A stretch of 64,000 nt of DNA from an uncultured Gammaproteobacteria bacterium (lineage in GTDB: Bacteria > Pseudomonadota > Gammaproteobacteria > Magnimaribacterales > D2472): positions 13,652 to 77,651 of the forward strand of contig CAZFYG010000004.1 in assembly GCA_964523375.1 (NCBI GenBank). The letters run 5' to 3'. Positions 1 through 9,399 of the stretch are shown here, in pieces. Below the pieces are notes generated by a model. It did not search any database. It saw only the letters and a list, made by a program, of their open reading frames with translations, and was not told where the DNA came from. Every line of letters starts with the position of its first letter. The first letter of the stretch is position 1. The translations under genes and the position numbers were made by a program.

Positions 1-897
1 TTAGATGGCGAAGGTGAATCTTATCAAAGGCTTAGAGACAATATTAAAAAAGAAATGACCGTTCAAAGAGTACAAAGAGGTCGTGTTGGCTCTTCTATAA
101 ATATTACTGATAAAGAATTTGAAGCATTTCTGGCAACAGATGAATCTCTCAAGCAGCTTGAGCCTGAATTGCTTATAAGACAAATATTAGTAAAAACATC
201 AAACGAAGCAAATAAAGTTCTAGAAAAAATTAATAATAGTTTTGATTTTGAAACTCTAGCTAGAGAGCTTTCTATAAGTTCAAATGCCCTTGAAGGAGGC
301 TTGATGAATTGGCGTAAAAAATCTGACATGCCCTCTCTCTTTGCTGAAGGTCTTGAAGGGGTTGATGTTGGTCAAGTCTCGCCGCCTCTCAAAAGTGGAG
401 CGGGATATCATATTTTGAAGGTAGAAGAAAAAAGAGGTGATTTTGTTAAATATGAAGATCAATGGCTTGTAAGACATATTCTATTGATGCCATCTGAAAT
501 TAGAAGTGAAGAGGCTTCAGAGCTAGAGCTTATTGATATAAGGAACAGAGTTATAAATGGGGAAGATTTCAGCTTACTTGCTAAGGAATTTTCTGAGGAT
601 CCGGGATCAGCTCAAAAAGGTGGAGAGTTAGACTGGATGGGTAAAGGCATAACAGCAGCAGAATTTGAAGCAACTTTTACTAAAATAGAAGAAGGAGTTG
701 TATCTGAGGTTTTTCAAACTGAATTTGGGTTTCATTTTTTAGAACTCTTAAGTCAGAGAAATAAAGATATGACCAACGAGGCAATTGAAAATAGGGCCTT
801 CAATATTCTCTATTCTAGGAAATATGATGAAGAGCTTGAAAATACTTTACGGTCTATGAGAGCGGAAGCTTTTGTTGAGATAAAAGATTTAGATTGA
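1..897 (+). CDS. surA: Periplasmic chaperone/peptidyl-prolyl isomerase SurA, C-terminal part (5' end upstream of window)
   Basis: Frame 1 is open from nt 1 (LDGEGESYQRL...). Parvulin-type signatures GGLMNWRKKSDMP, GGELDWMGKG and EFGFHFLELL. Followed by pdxA-rsmA-apaH as in the E. coli surA operon. Confidence 0.85.
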   Translation, partial: LDGEGESYQRLRDNIKKEMTVQRVQRGRVGSSINITDKEFEAFLATDESLKQLEPELLIRQILVKTSNEANKVLEKINNSFDFETLARELSISSNALEGGLMNWRKKSDMPSLFAEGLEGVDVGQVSPPLKSGAGYHILKVEEKRGDFVKYEDQWLVRHILLMPSEIRSEEASELELIDIRNRVINGEDFSLLAKEFSEDPGSAQKGGELDWMGKGITAAEFEATFTKIEEGVVSEVFQTEFGFHFLELLSQRNKDMTNEAIENRAFNILYSRKYDEELENTLRSMRAEAFVEIKDLD

Positions 898-1874
898 AGA
901 GATTAATATATTCTCCTGGAGAGCCTTCTGGAATTGGAATTGATTTAATAGTTCAACTGGCAACATCTGACTTTTGGGAAAAAATAAAACATCCTATCAT
1001 TGTACTTGCAGACCCCTTGCTGCTTAAAAATAGAGCAAAAATTTTAAAAAGAAAAATTACTGTAGTAACGGTCTGTGAAGATAATTTAATTCAAAAAAAT
1101 AAGCGCGCACAAATAAAAATTATTGCTTTAGGTAAATGCAAAAACCATACTCCAGGAAAGCTATATAAGGCCAATGCATCCTACACTTTAAAAAATCTTG
1201 ATCATGGAATTAAGCTTGCCCTAGACGATAAAAATACAGCACTTGTAACTGGCCCATTAAGTAAAGAAAATATTATTAAAGTAGAAAAGGACTTTATCGG
1301 CCATACAGAAAGGATTCAGGAGCTTACTGGCAGTGATAATGTTTTGATGTTACTGGCATCCAAAAAGATAAAGGTTGCATTGGCGACCACTCATATCCCC
1401 TTAAAAGATGTGGCTGAATCTATAAATAAAAAGATGCTTAAAACCAAGATCGAGATTCTAAATAAGGAGCTAAAGACCAAGTTTGGTATCTCTAAGCCTA
1501 AAATAAAAATGCTTGGTTTAAACCCGCATGCAGGAGAAGGAGGAAAAATCGGTACTGAAGAAACAAATATTTTATATCCACTAGCCAAAGAACTTAGAGC
1601 AAAAGGTGTCAACATATCTGACCCTATTTCAGCTGACACTGCATTTACAAAAAAAAATCTTGCACAAACTGATGCATACTTTGCAATGTATCACGATCAA
1701 GCTCTTCCAGTATTGAAGGCGTTAAGCTTTGGAAGTTCCATCAATATTACTTTGGGTGTTCCTATTGTCCGTACCTCTGTAGATCATGGTGTTGCTTTAG
1801 ACATAGCAGGCACTGGAAATGCTGACCCGTCATCGCTAATTGAAGCATTTAAAAGAGCTCAGAGATTAGTCTAA
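894..1874 (+). CDS. pdxA: 4-hydroxythreonine-4-phosphate dehydrogenase PdxA
   Basis: Motifs GHTERIQE, GLNPHAGEGG, MYHDQALPVLK and RTSVDHG. TTG start overlaps the surA stop (TTGA). Confidence 0.9.
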   Translation: MKRLIYSPGEPSGIGIDLIVQLATSDFWEKIKHPIIVLADPLLLKNRAKILKRKITVVTVCEDNLIQKNKRAQIKIIALGKCKNHTPGKLYKANASYTLKNLDHGIKLALDDKNTALVTGPLSKENIIKVEKDFIGHTERIQELTGSDNVLMLLASKKIKVALATTHIPLKDVAESINKKMLKTKIEILNKELKTKFGISKPKIKMLGLNPHAGEGGKIGTEETNILYPLAKELRAKGVNISDPISADTAFTKKNLAQTDAYFAMYHDQALPVLKALSFGSSINITLGVPIVRTSVDHGVALDIAGTGNADPSSLIEAFKRAQRLV

Positions 1875-2644
1875 TGATCGATAGAAAAAAAAGGCGGCAG
1901 TTTGGCCAAAATTATTTAAAAGACCCAGCCATCTTATTTGAGATGGGTGAAGCTATAAATGTATCTAAGAATGATAGAATTTTTGAGATTGGGCCTGGCA
2001 TGGGAGCTTTAACAAATGTGATTATTAAGGATGGTGTTGAAGTGACGGCAATGGATATTGATCCTATGAATATAGAGTTCTTAGAAAAAAAAATGAAAAA
2101 AATAGGAAATATAAACTTTATATGTGGCGACATTATGAAAGCAGATCTTGAATTCATAAAAAATAGTCGCTATAGAATCATAGGAAATCTTCCATATAAT
2201 ATTTCAACACAAATAATTATTAGATTATTAGAGCTAAGTGATCACATTAAGGATATGCACTTTCTAGTACAGAAGGAAGTTGCTGAAAAAATTTGTGGTA
2301 CCTCTTCAAGTAAAAATTGGGGCAAGCTATCTATCAAAATTGGCTTATTTTTTAATAGCCAGAAACTATTCGATGTTCCTCCTGAATCCTTTGATATAAA
2401 ACCAAAGGTTGACTCAAGTTTTATAAGACTTACTCCAGTCATAGACGACTTTATAATGCCTAAAAATAAAAAAGATCTATTTAATATTATTGATATGTCA
2501 TTCTCCACAAGGCGTAAAAATATAAAAAATAATTTAAAAAAATTAAATATTGATTGGTCCTCTCTCCAGCTAGATCCTTCTGCAAGAGCTGAGGATTTAA
2601 GTATTCAAGATTTTGTTAATATAGCGCTAAGCTTAGAAAAATAG
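1874..2644 (+). CDS. rsmA: 16S rRNA (adenine1518/1519-N6)-dimethyltransferase RsmA/KsgA
   Basis: FGQNYL, SAM-binding EIGPGMGALT and GNLPYNIST. The start shares 1 nt with the pdxA stop (TAATG). Confidence 0.9.
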   Translation: MIDRKKRRQFGQNYLKDPAILFEMGEAINVSKNDRIFEIGPGMGALTNVIIKDGVEVTAMDIDPMNIEFLEKKMKKIGNINFICGDIMKADLEFIKNSRYRIIGNLPYNISTQIIIRLLELSDHIKDMHFLVQKEVAEKICGTSSSKNWGKLSIKIGLFFNSQKLFDVPPESFDIKPKVDSSFIRLTPVIDDFIMPKNKKDLFNIIDMSFSTRRKNIKNNLKKLNIDWSSLQLDPSARAEDLSIQDFVNIALSLEK

Positions 2645-3460
2645 ATGTCACATTTTGTAATAGGAGATGTTCAGGGTTGTTATGAACAACTCAATGATTT
2701 GCTATTAGTAATTGATTTTTGTCCTGATGAAGATCATATTATTTTTGCGGGCGATATGGTGAACAGGGGAGATGACTCCCTTAAGGTGCTGGATTTCTGT
2801 TTATCAAACCCCAAGAGTGTTAGTGCTGTTCTGGGAAATCATGACTTATATTTAATGTATCTTATAGAAAGTAAAGGCAACGATGATTGCCTTCAGCAAA
2901 TTTTAGAATGTGATCAATTGGAAACAATATATTCATGGCTAAAATCATGTCCTTTAATGAAATCTATCTTTATAAGTGAGTCTAAAGAAACTTTTCATAT
3001 AACACATGCTGGTATTCCCCCAGTATGGACATTGGATGAGGCAAGAAAATATTCTGACGAAATCTCAAATGAGCTTTTGCATAATCCTAAAAATATCTTA
3101 AGTAACATGTGGGGTGATCACCCCAACCTTTGGAGTAATAACTTAAGGGGGCAAGAGCGTTTTAGATTGATTATCAATTATTTCACTCGCATGCGATTTT
3201 TATTTAAAAATGGTGCCTTAGAATTAAAGACTAAAAATTTGAATGTAACTAGTGAGCTAATAAAATGGTTCGATCTTACTAAAAAAAATTTAGAAGCAAA
3301 TGAGTATATTTTGTTTGGGCACTGGGCGGCACTTATGGGCAAAACTAATTTAAACCAAGTAATTGGTTTAGATACTGGTTGTGTATGGGGTGGTGACTTA
3401 ACTGCTATTAAGCTAGAAAATAAAGAATTATATTCAGTTAAAAATAATGAAAATATATAA
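2645..3460 (+). CDS. apaH: Bis(5'-nucleosyl)-tetraphosphatase, symmetrical (ApaH)
   Basis: Metallophosphatase motifs IGDVQGC, GDMVNRGDDS and GNHDLY. Position downstream of rsmA. Confidence 0.85.
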   Translation: MSHFVIGDVQGCYEQLNDLLLVIDFCPDEDHIIFAGDMVNRGDDSLKVLDFCLSNPKSVSAVLGNHDLYLMYLIESKGNDDCLQQILECDQLETIYSWLKSCPLMKSIFISESKETFHITHAGIPPVWTLDEARKYSDEISNELLHNPKNILSNMWGDHPNLWSNNLRGQERFRLIINYFTRMRFLFKNGALELKTKNLNVTSELIKWFDLTKKNLEANEYILFGHWAALMGKTNLNQVIGLDTGCVWGGDLTAIKLENKELYSVKNNENI

Positions 3461-4469
3461 AGTAGGTGGCGCAATAAGAGATTCTTTATTAGGCAAAGAG
3501 CCTAAAGATAGCGACTGGGTAGTTGTTGGAAGCTCTCCAGAAGAAATGATTGCTAGGGGTTTTAAACCAATTGGTAAAGATTTTCCTGTATTTCTGCACC
3601 CCAAAACCAATGAAGAATATGCTCTAGCTAGAACTGAGAAAAAAACTGGTTATGGTTATAAGGGTTTTAACTTCTTTTTTGGAAAAGAAGTTACATTAGA
3701 GCAGGATTTATCTAGGAGAGATTTAACAATAAACGCTATTGCTCAGGACGAGCATGGAAATATTATTGACCCATTTAATGGAAGAGGCGATATAGCCAAA
3801 AAAGTTTTTAGACATGTATCAGATGCTTTTATAGAAGATCCTTTAAGATCATTGCGCCTAGCAAGGTTTCATTCCTATGAGCATTTAGAACAATTTACTA
3901 TCTTTAAAGATACAAAAGAAATATTGAAAAAAATTGCAAATTCAGGTGAAATTGAAAAACTGTCCCCTGATCGATTTTGGTCAGAGATTAATAAAGGTTT
4001 GTTATCTAAAAATTCAACAGCTTTTTTCAATCAAATGATTGAGTTAGACATATGTAAATATTTTATGCCTAATCTTTCAAACCCAAACTGTGGCACCTCA
4101 GATGCTCCAGATACTAAGTGGGCAGAACTTCAGAACAAAAATGATTTTCCACTTAGCAATATTCTCCCTATTCCAAATAATTTTACCCACGCAGTTAATC
4201 TGCTGGAGTTGCTAAAAAAAATTACTAAAAATACTAAAATTGATGATTTAAATAAAATAATTCAAGAAATAAATGTGTCTAGAAACAGGGAATTGATTAA
4301 TAAACTATTAGTTGTCGAGTGTTTGGCAGAGTCTAACAATTTAATTAAAAAAATTATGAGTGCTGTTCATGAGATAGACTTTTCTGTATTAAGGGATATT
4401 GAACCTAGAAAGATACAAGAGAAGAAAGATACTATGTACAATGAAATTCTTACGAGGTTCTATGAGTAA
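3447..4469 (+). CDS. cca: tRNA CCA-adding nucleotidyltransferase, short form without recognisable HD domain
   Basis: N-terminus is colinear with E. coli Cca (KVGGAIRDSLLG, DSDWVVVG, RRDLTINAIA, EDPLRSLRLARF). At 340 aa, the C-terminal third has no HD/HDxGK motif. Confidence 0.8.
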   Translation: MKIYKVGGAIRDSLLGKEPKDSDWVVVGSSPEEMIARGFKPIGKDFPVFLHPKTNEEYALARTEKKTGYGYKGFNFFFGKEVTLEQDLSRRDLTINAIAQDEHGNIIDPFNGRGDIAKKVFRHVSDAFIEDPLRSLRLARFHSYEHLEQFTIFKDTKEILKKIANSGEIEKLSPDRFWSEINKGLLSKNSTAFFNQMIELDICKYFMPNLSNPNCGTSDAPDTKWAELQNKNDFPLSNILPIPNNFTHAVNLLELLKKITKNTKIDDLNKIIQEINVSRNRELINKLLVVECLAESNNLIKKIMSAVHEIDFSVLRDIEPRKIQEKKDTMYNEILTRFYE

Positions 4470-5190
4470 AACAATTTTAATAACAGGTGCTGCAAAAAGA
4501 ATAGGTAAAGAAATTGCCCTAACTTTTTCTAATATGGGCTGGAATGTAATTATTCACTATAATTCTTCTAAACATGATGCTGAAAAATTGCAAAATGTTA
4601 TAAATAAAGTAAGCCCAAATTCTGCAAAAATAATTCAAGCTAATTTAGATATTGATGAGGATATAGATAGATTAATTATAAATAGTAAGTCTATGTTTAA
4701 TTCCTTAGATGTTTTGGTAAATAATGCATCGGCTTTCTACCCTACCCCAATTAACAATGCTTCTTTAAATGACTGGGATAAACTTGTTGGCTCGAACCTA
4801 AAAGGGCCATTATTTTTAATTAAGGGTCTTCATGAAATAATAGCTAACAATAATGGAAGTATTATTAATATAACTGATACAAATTTAACTAAAGGCGTTG
4901 CAAATTTCTCTGTATACGCAGCTGCAAAAGGTGGATTAGAATCAATTACAAAGAGTTTAGCAAGAGAGCTTGCTCCAAATATAAATGTGAACGCCATAGC
5001 TCCTGGAGCCATGCTTGAACCGCCTGATGTTATATGGAGTGATGAGAAAAAAGCCAGCGTTATAGAAAACATCCCACTTAAGCGAATGGGATCTGAAAAA
5101 GATATAGCAAATGCTGTGAAGTTTTTAGTAAAAGCTAAGTATATTACAGGGCAAACCATTAAAGTTGATGGAGGGAGGTCATTAATATGA
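4462..5190 (+). CDS. SDR-family pteridine/dihydromonapterin reductase-like protein (FolM/PTR1-like)
   Basis: ITGAAKRIG dinucleotide motif, NNASAFYPTP and catalytic YAAAKGG. I chose the MSKTIL start at 4462, which overlaps the cca stop (ATGAGTAA), over the ORF-track start at 4399. Lies in a folK/folB neighbourhood. Confidence 0.7.
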   Translation: MSKTILITGAAKRIGKEIALTFSNMGWNVIIHYNSSKHDAEKLQNVINKVSPNSAKIIQANLDIDEDIDRLIINSKSMFNSLDVLVNNASAFYPTPINNASLNDWDKLVGSNLKGPLFLIKGLHEIIANNNGSIINITDTNLTKGVANFSVYAAAKGGLESITKSLARELAPNINVNAIAPGAMLEPPDVIWSDEKKASVIENIPLKRMGSEKDIANAVKFLVKAKYITGQTIKVDGGRSLI

Positions 5191-6248
5191 CACATGATAT
5201 AGAAAATTATGACGAAATTTTTTCAGGCACCAAGCAGGTTGCAGCAAATTTAAAAATTGATTCGGAGAGGCTACAGCCATGGATTGATGCCCACGTTGAG
5301 GGAGCTGGAAGAATTAAAAGAATAGAGCAATTTAAAGGCGGTCAATCGAATCCAACCTATAAAATAACTACAGATACTAAAAGTTTAGTATTGAGAAGAA
5401 AGCCTCCAGGAAAACTACTCCCATCAGCCCATGCTGTTGATAGAGAATATAAGGTTATTTCAGCATTGTATGAAACAGATGTTCCTGTTCCTAAAACATA
5501 TGGCCTTTGTGAAGATGAAAGTGTTGCTGGAACTGCCTTTTTTGTAATGGACTTTCTTGATGGGGATATTTATTGGAATCCAATGCTTCCTTCTTTAAAA
5601 AAGGAGGATAGAATAAAAATTTATTCCAGTAAAAATAAAACACTTGCAGCACTGCATAGCGTTGATTATAAAAAAGTTGGCCTTGGTGATTATGGTAAGC
5701 CAGGAAATTATGTTTCTAGGCAGATTGCAAGATGGTCCCGTCAATACAAGGCATCAGAAACAGATAATATTGATGCTATGAATAATCTTATTAAGTGGTT
5801 GCCAGAGAATATCCCAAATGATGATGAGACTTCTATAGTGCATGGGGATTTTAGACTTGATAATATGATTTATAAAAATAATGATGTAATTGGCGTACTG
5901 GACTGGGAGCTATCTACCCTTGGGCATCCTGTAGCTGATTTTAGTTATCATTGTTTAACATGGAGAACGGAGCCAATGTACTCTGATTACCCCAAATTGA
6001 AAGAGTTGGGAATACCCAATGAAATGGAATATCGTGATATGTACTCAGAGGCAACTGGAAAAGATTTGTCCTCAAACTGGGAATTCTATATGGCTTTTAA
6101 TATTTTTAAGGTTGCTGCTATCTGTCAGGGAATACTGGGCAGGGTCAGGGACGGAACAGCTGCCAGTAAACATGCTGAAGATAGGGGCATGAAGGTTTAT
6201 CCTTTATCAGAAGGTGCTTGGTCAATTGTTGAAAAGAATTTTAAATGA
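5187..6248 (+). CDS. Phosphotransferase (APH/choline-kinase fold) family protein, substrate unknown
   Basis: Brenner motif VHGDFRLDNMI followed by GVLDWELS. ATGA overlap with the upstream SDR gene. Confidence 0.7.
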   Translation: MTHDIENYDEIFSGTKQVAANLKIDSERLQPWIDAHVEGAGRIKRIEQFKGGQSNPTYKITTDTKSLVLRRKPPGKLLPSAHAVDREYKVISALYETDVPVPKTYGLCEDESVAGTAFFVMDFLDGDIYWNPMLPSLKKEDRIKIYSSKNKTLAALHSVDYKKVGLGDYGKPGNYVSRQIARWSRQYKASETDNIDAMNNLIKWLPENIPNDDETSIVHGDFRLDNMIYKNNDVIGVLDWELSTLGHPVADFSYHCLTWRTEPMYSDYPKLKELGIPNEMEYRDMYSEATGKDLSSNWEFYMAFNIFKVAAICQGILGRVRDGTAASKHAEDRGMKVYPLSEGAWSIVEKNFK

Positions 6249-6615
6249 TCTCTTTTAGAGGCAATGAAACAAAGGTGTATTTAGAAATTTCATCGCTTTC
6301 GAAGAGGATTTGATCACCATCTAATTGAAGAACAATATCAATATCTAAAGACCTGGAGCTAAACTTTGGTTTATTCCTATCTCTTCCAGATCTATTCTCA
6401 ATATCTTTAAGTTTTTTATTAAGCTCATCAAAATTGTATTCAGAATCTCCGCTTATAACCAAATTAAGAAAGTCATCACCTTCAAAGCCGACTGATGGTG
6501 TCTGGTGAATTGTTGATGAAATAACTGAGCCAAGAATTAGATTTAGCTCACTTAATGCAAAATCAATATTTTCTTTTGGGTTTACATTGCTGCCTAATGA
6601 AAGAAAATATTTCAT
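6241..6615 (-). CDS. folK: 2-amino-4-hydroxy-6-hydroxymethyldihydropteridine diphosphokinase (HPPK), short form
   Basis: YFLSLGSNV, IHQTPSVG and RSLDIDIVL are colinear with E. coli FolK. The C-terminal tail is absent. Sits immediately downstream of folB (TAATG junction). Confidence 0.7.
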   Translation of the reverse strand: MKYFLSLGSNVNPKENIDFALSELNLILGSVISSTIHQTPSVGFEGDDFLNLVISGDSEYNFDELNKKLKDIENRSGRDRNKPKFSSRSLDIDIVLQLDGDQILFESDEISKYTFVSLPLKEII

Positions 6616-6962
6616 TATCTAAAAATTACCAACCCAACATCTTTAGCGCCTCTTAGTGCTCCAGGTTTAGATATTCTTAATCTCAATGACTCAACCTTAT
6701 AGTTATCTTTAATCAAAGCTGCTATGCCCTCTGCCAGAGATTCTTGGAGTTGAAAAGAAGACTCTTCAACAAACTTAATTACTGCTTTTGTGATAACTTT
6801 ATAATCTAGAGCGTCGTCGATTGAGTCAGATGCAGCAGCTTTTTTGCAATCAAATGGGAATTCCATGTCAATACTGACCTCTTGTTTTACTTTTCTCTCC
6901 CAATCAAATATTCCAATAATTGTTTTTACTCTTAAATCTTTTATATAAATAATATCTTTCAT
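6615..6962 (-). CDS. folB: Dihydroneopterin aldolase
   Basis: IYIKDLRVKTIIGIFDWERK is a typical FolB N-terminus. I chose the start at 6962 (MKDIIYI), which forms an ATGA overlap with the tsaD stop. Confidence 0.8.
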   Translation of the reverse strand: MKDIIYIKDLRVKTIIGIFDWERKVKQEVSIDMEFPFDCKKAAASDSIDDALDYKVITKAVIKFVEESSFQLQESLAEGIAALIKDNYKVESLRLRISKPGALRGAKDVGLVIFR

Positions 6963-7963
6963 TTTGATAGTTCCGTTAATGGCCATCTTGCTCTCACATG
7001 AGAGCTGAGGGAGTTTGCTTTGGTTCCAGATCTCAATGCGCCTAAAAATGAAATCATTGCTCCATTATCCCCGCAATACTTAAGATCAGGATAATAAACA
7101 TTTACACCCACTTTAAGCTCAAGTTCTTTAATGGATGAGCGAAGTTTTTTATTTGCTGCCACCCCTCCTGCTATTATTATATTTTCTCTTCCAGTTTGAT
7201 TAATTGTTTTGATTATTTTTTTATTAAGCACGTCGATAGCAGCTTGTTGAAAAGAGGCTGCGATGTCAGCTTTGGTTTGCTTATCAAGAGAGCCTATTTC
7301 TTGCACCTTATATAGAACTGCAGTTTTCAACCCACTAAAACTTAAATCTAAATTATTACTATGAATCATTGGTCTTGGAAAATCATAAGTAAAAGGGTCG
7401 CCGTCTTGTGCAATTTTTTCAATATGAGGGCCGCCAGGATAAGGTAAACCCAATAATTTACCAACTTTATCAAAAGCTTCACCAATAGCGTCATCAACTG
7501 ATTGTCCTAATATTTCATAATCGCCAATACTCTTAACGTCAACTATCATACTGTGACCTCCACTAACTAATAAGCAAATGTAAGGGGGTTTAATATCTTC
7601 AAACTCCATACTCGGAGAAACTAAATGCCCCTCAAGATGATTTACAGGTATTAAGGGGATATTTAAAGATAGCGCAAGTCCTTTAGCAAAACTTTCACCA
7701 ATCAATAATGCACCCAATAAACCAGGACCAGCCGTATATGCTATTTGGTCGATTGATTTCAAATCAATAGACTTTGTAGCATCTTTAAATACCTGAATTA
7801 TTTTTTTGCAGTGATCTCTTGAAGCAAGCTCTGGAACTACTCCGCCATATTCTGCATGCATTTTAATCTGACTGAACACAGATTCACCTATAATGCCCTC
7901 AACAGAATCATAAACAGCAATAGCTGTTTCGTCACATGATGTTTCAATACCTAAAGTTTTCAT
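6959..7963 (-). CDS. tsaD: tRNA N6-adenosine threonylcarbamoyltransferase TsaD
   Basis: MKTLGIETSCDETAIAVYD, SGGHSMI and YCGDNGAMI. The ATG at 7963 is preferred over the upstream TTG at 7978. Divergent from rpsU, as in many gammaproteobacteria. Confidence 0.9.
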   Translation of the reverse strand: MKTLGIETSCDETAIAVYDSVEGIIGESVFSQIKMHAEYGGVVPELASRDHCKKIIQVFKDATKSIDLKSIDQIAYTAGPGLLGALLIGESFAKGLALSLNIPLIPVNHLEGHLVSPSMEFEDIKPPYICLLVSGGHSMIVDVKSIGDYEILGQSVDDAIGEAFDKVGKLLGLPYPGGPHIEKIAQDGDPFTYDFPRPMIHSNNLDLSFSGLKTAVLYKVQEIGSLDKQTKADIAASFQQAAIDVLNKKIIKTINQTGRENIIIAGGVAANKKLRSSIKELELKVGVNVYYPDLKYCGDNGAMISFLGALRSGTKANSLSSHVRARWPLTELSK

Positions 7964-8013
7964 AAAAATGTTTTGCAAATTATCTAATTAAAGCCTAAAC
8001 TAGCGAACTTATT

Positions 8014-8229
8014 ATGCCTTCAATTATTATAAAAGAAACAGAACACTTTGATATTGGTTTAAGAAAATTTAAACGCGCTTGTGAGAAAGCAGCTATTGTT
8101 CCTGAAATAAGAGCTAGAGAATTTTATGAAAAACCAACTGAAAAAAGAAAACGTCTAATGGCAGCTGCTGTAAAAAGAGCAAGAAAGTCTAATAGAAAGT
8201 TTTCATTTTCTAGATCAAGATTTAGATAA
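8014..8229 (+). CDS. rpsU: 30S ribosomal protein S21
   Basis: 71-aa basic protein beginning MPSIIIKE...[13 protein letters not shown], typical of bS21. Confidence 0.95.
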   Translation: MPSIIIKETEHFDIGLRKFKRACEKAAIVPEIRAREFYEKPTEKRKRLMAAAVKRARKSNRKFSFSRSRFR

Positions 8230-8231
8230 TC

Positions 8232-8675
8232 TTGTCTTTACTTTCAGATATCAGGTCCGATCTCAAGCAAGCTATGCTTGATAAAAATGTTTTGGTTAGA
8301 GACACCATTCGAATGTTTCTATCCGAAGTACAAAAATTTGAAATAGATTCTAGAGAAGAAGCTAATGATGCTAAGGCTCTTCAAATCATCAATAAAATGA
8401 TTAAACAAAGGAATGATTCTATAGAACAATTCAAGAAAGGTGGAAGAGATGACCTTGTTGCGAAAGAACTGTCTGAGGTTGATGTATTAAATAAATATAA
8501 ACCAGCTCAGCTCAGTGAGGATGAGATTGTTTTAAAAGTGCGTGAGGCTATTTCTTCATCTGAAGCATCTTCGATGCAAGATATTGGAAAAGTTATGGGG
8601 TTATTAAAAAATACATTATCTGGCTCTGCTGATATGGGCTTGGTAAGTAGAGTTGTTAAAGATCAATTAAGTTAA
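8232..8675 (+). CDS. GatB/YqeY domain-containing protein
   Basis: 147 aa with the typical YqeY N-terminus (SLLSDIRSDLKQAMLDKN...RDTIRM). TTG start 2 nt after the rpsU stop. Confidence 0.75.
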   Translation: MSLLSDIRSDLKQAMLDKNVLVRDTIRMFLSEVQKFEIDSREEANDAKALQIINKMIKQRNDSIEQFKKGGRDDLVAKELSEVDVLNKYKPAQLSEDEIVLKVREAISSSEASSMQDIGKVMGLLKNTLSGSADMGLVSRVVKDQLS

Positions 8676-8691
8676 GATAAATAGATAAAAT

Positions 8692-9399
8692 ATGACAAGA
8701 CATAGCAATAGAGATCCAAGTCAGCTTCGTGAAATAAAAATAGAAACTAATATAAATATTCATGCTGAAGGTTCTGTTCTCATATCGTTTGGAAATACAA
8801 AAGTTATCTGTACGGCGACTATTGAAAATAAAGTTCCTAGATGGATGAGGAATAGTGAAGAAGGCTGGGTTACTGCAGAATATGGAATGCTTCCAAGATC
8901 AACCAATGAAAGGATGGGTAGAGAGGCTGCCAGAGGCAAGCAAAGCGGTAGAACCCAAGAAATTCAAAGATTAATTGGTAGATCTTTAAGACAAGCAGTT
9001 AACTTAAAATATATCAAAGGAAAAACTATCAACATTGATTGTGATGTCATCCAAGCAGATGGTGGAACTAGAACTGCTTCAATTACAGGCGGGTGTATTG
9101 CTCTATTCTTGGCGCTAAAAAACCATCACAATGATAATAGAGCTATAAAATCTTTTGTTGCTGCGGTCTCACTAGGTATTCTTAATAATGAAGTAATTCT
9201 AGATTTAGATTACATTGAAGATAGCTCTGCAGAGACAGATCTTAATCTAGTGATGACTGATGACCTAAACTTAATCGAGATTCAGGGAACTGGTGAAGAA
9301 AACCCCTTTACCAAAGATCAATTATCTAAAATGATTGAAGTAGGCAGTAACGCAATTGAGGAGTTAATAGTTCTACAAAAATCTAGCCTAGAGCAGTGA
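8692..9399 (+). CDS. rph: Ribonuclease PH
   Basis: HAEGSVLISFGNTKVICTA and DCDVIQADGGTRTASITG. Conserved rph-pyrE pairing. Confidence 0.9.
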   Translation: MTRHSNRDPSQLREIKIETNINIHAEGSVLISFGNTKVICTATIENKVPRWMRNSEEGWVTAEYGMLPRSTNERMGREAARGKQSGRTQEIQRLIGRSLRQAVNLKYIKGKTINIDCDVIQADGGTRTASITGGCIALFLALKNHHNDNRAIKSFVAAVSLGILNNEVILDLDYIEDSSAETDLNLVMTDDLNLIEIQGTGEENPFTKDQLSKMIEVGSNAIEELIVLQKSSLEQ

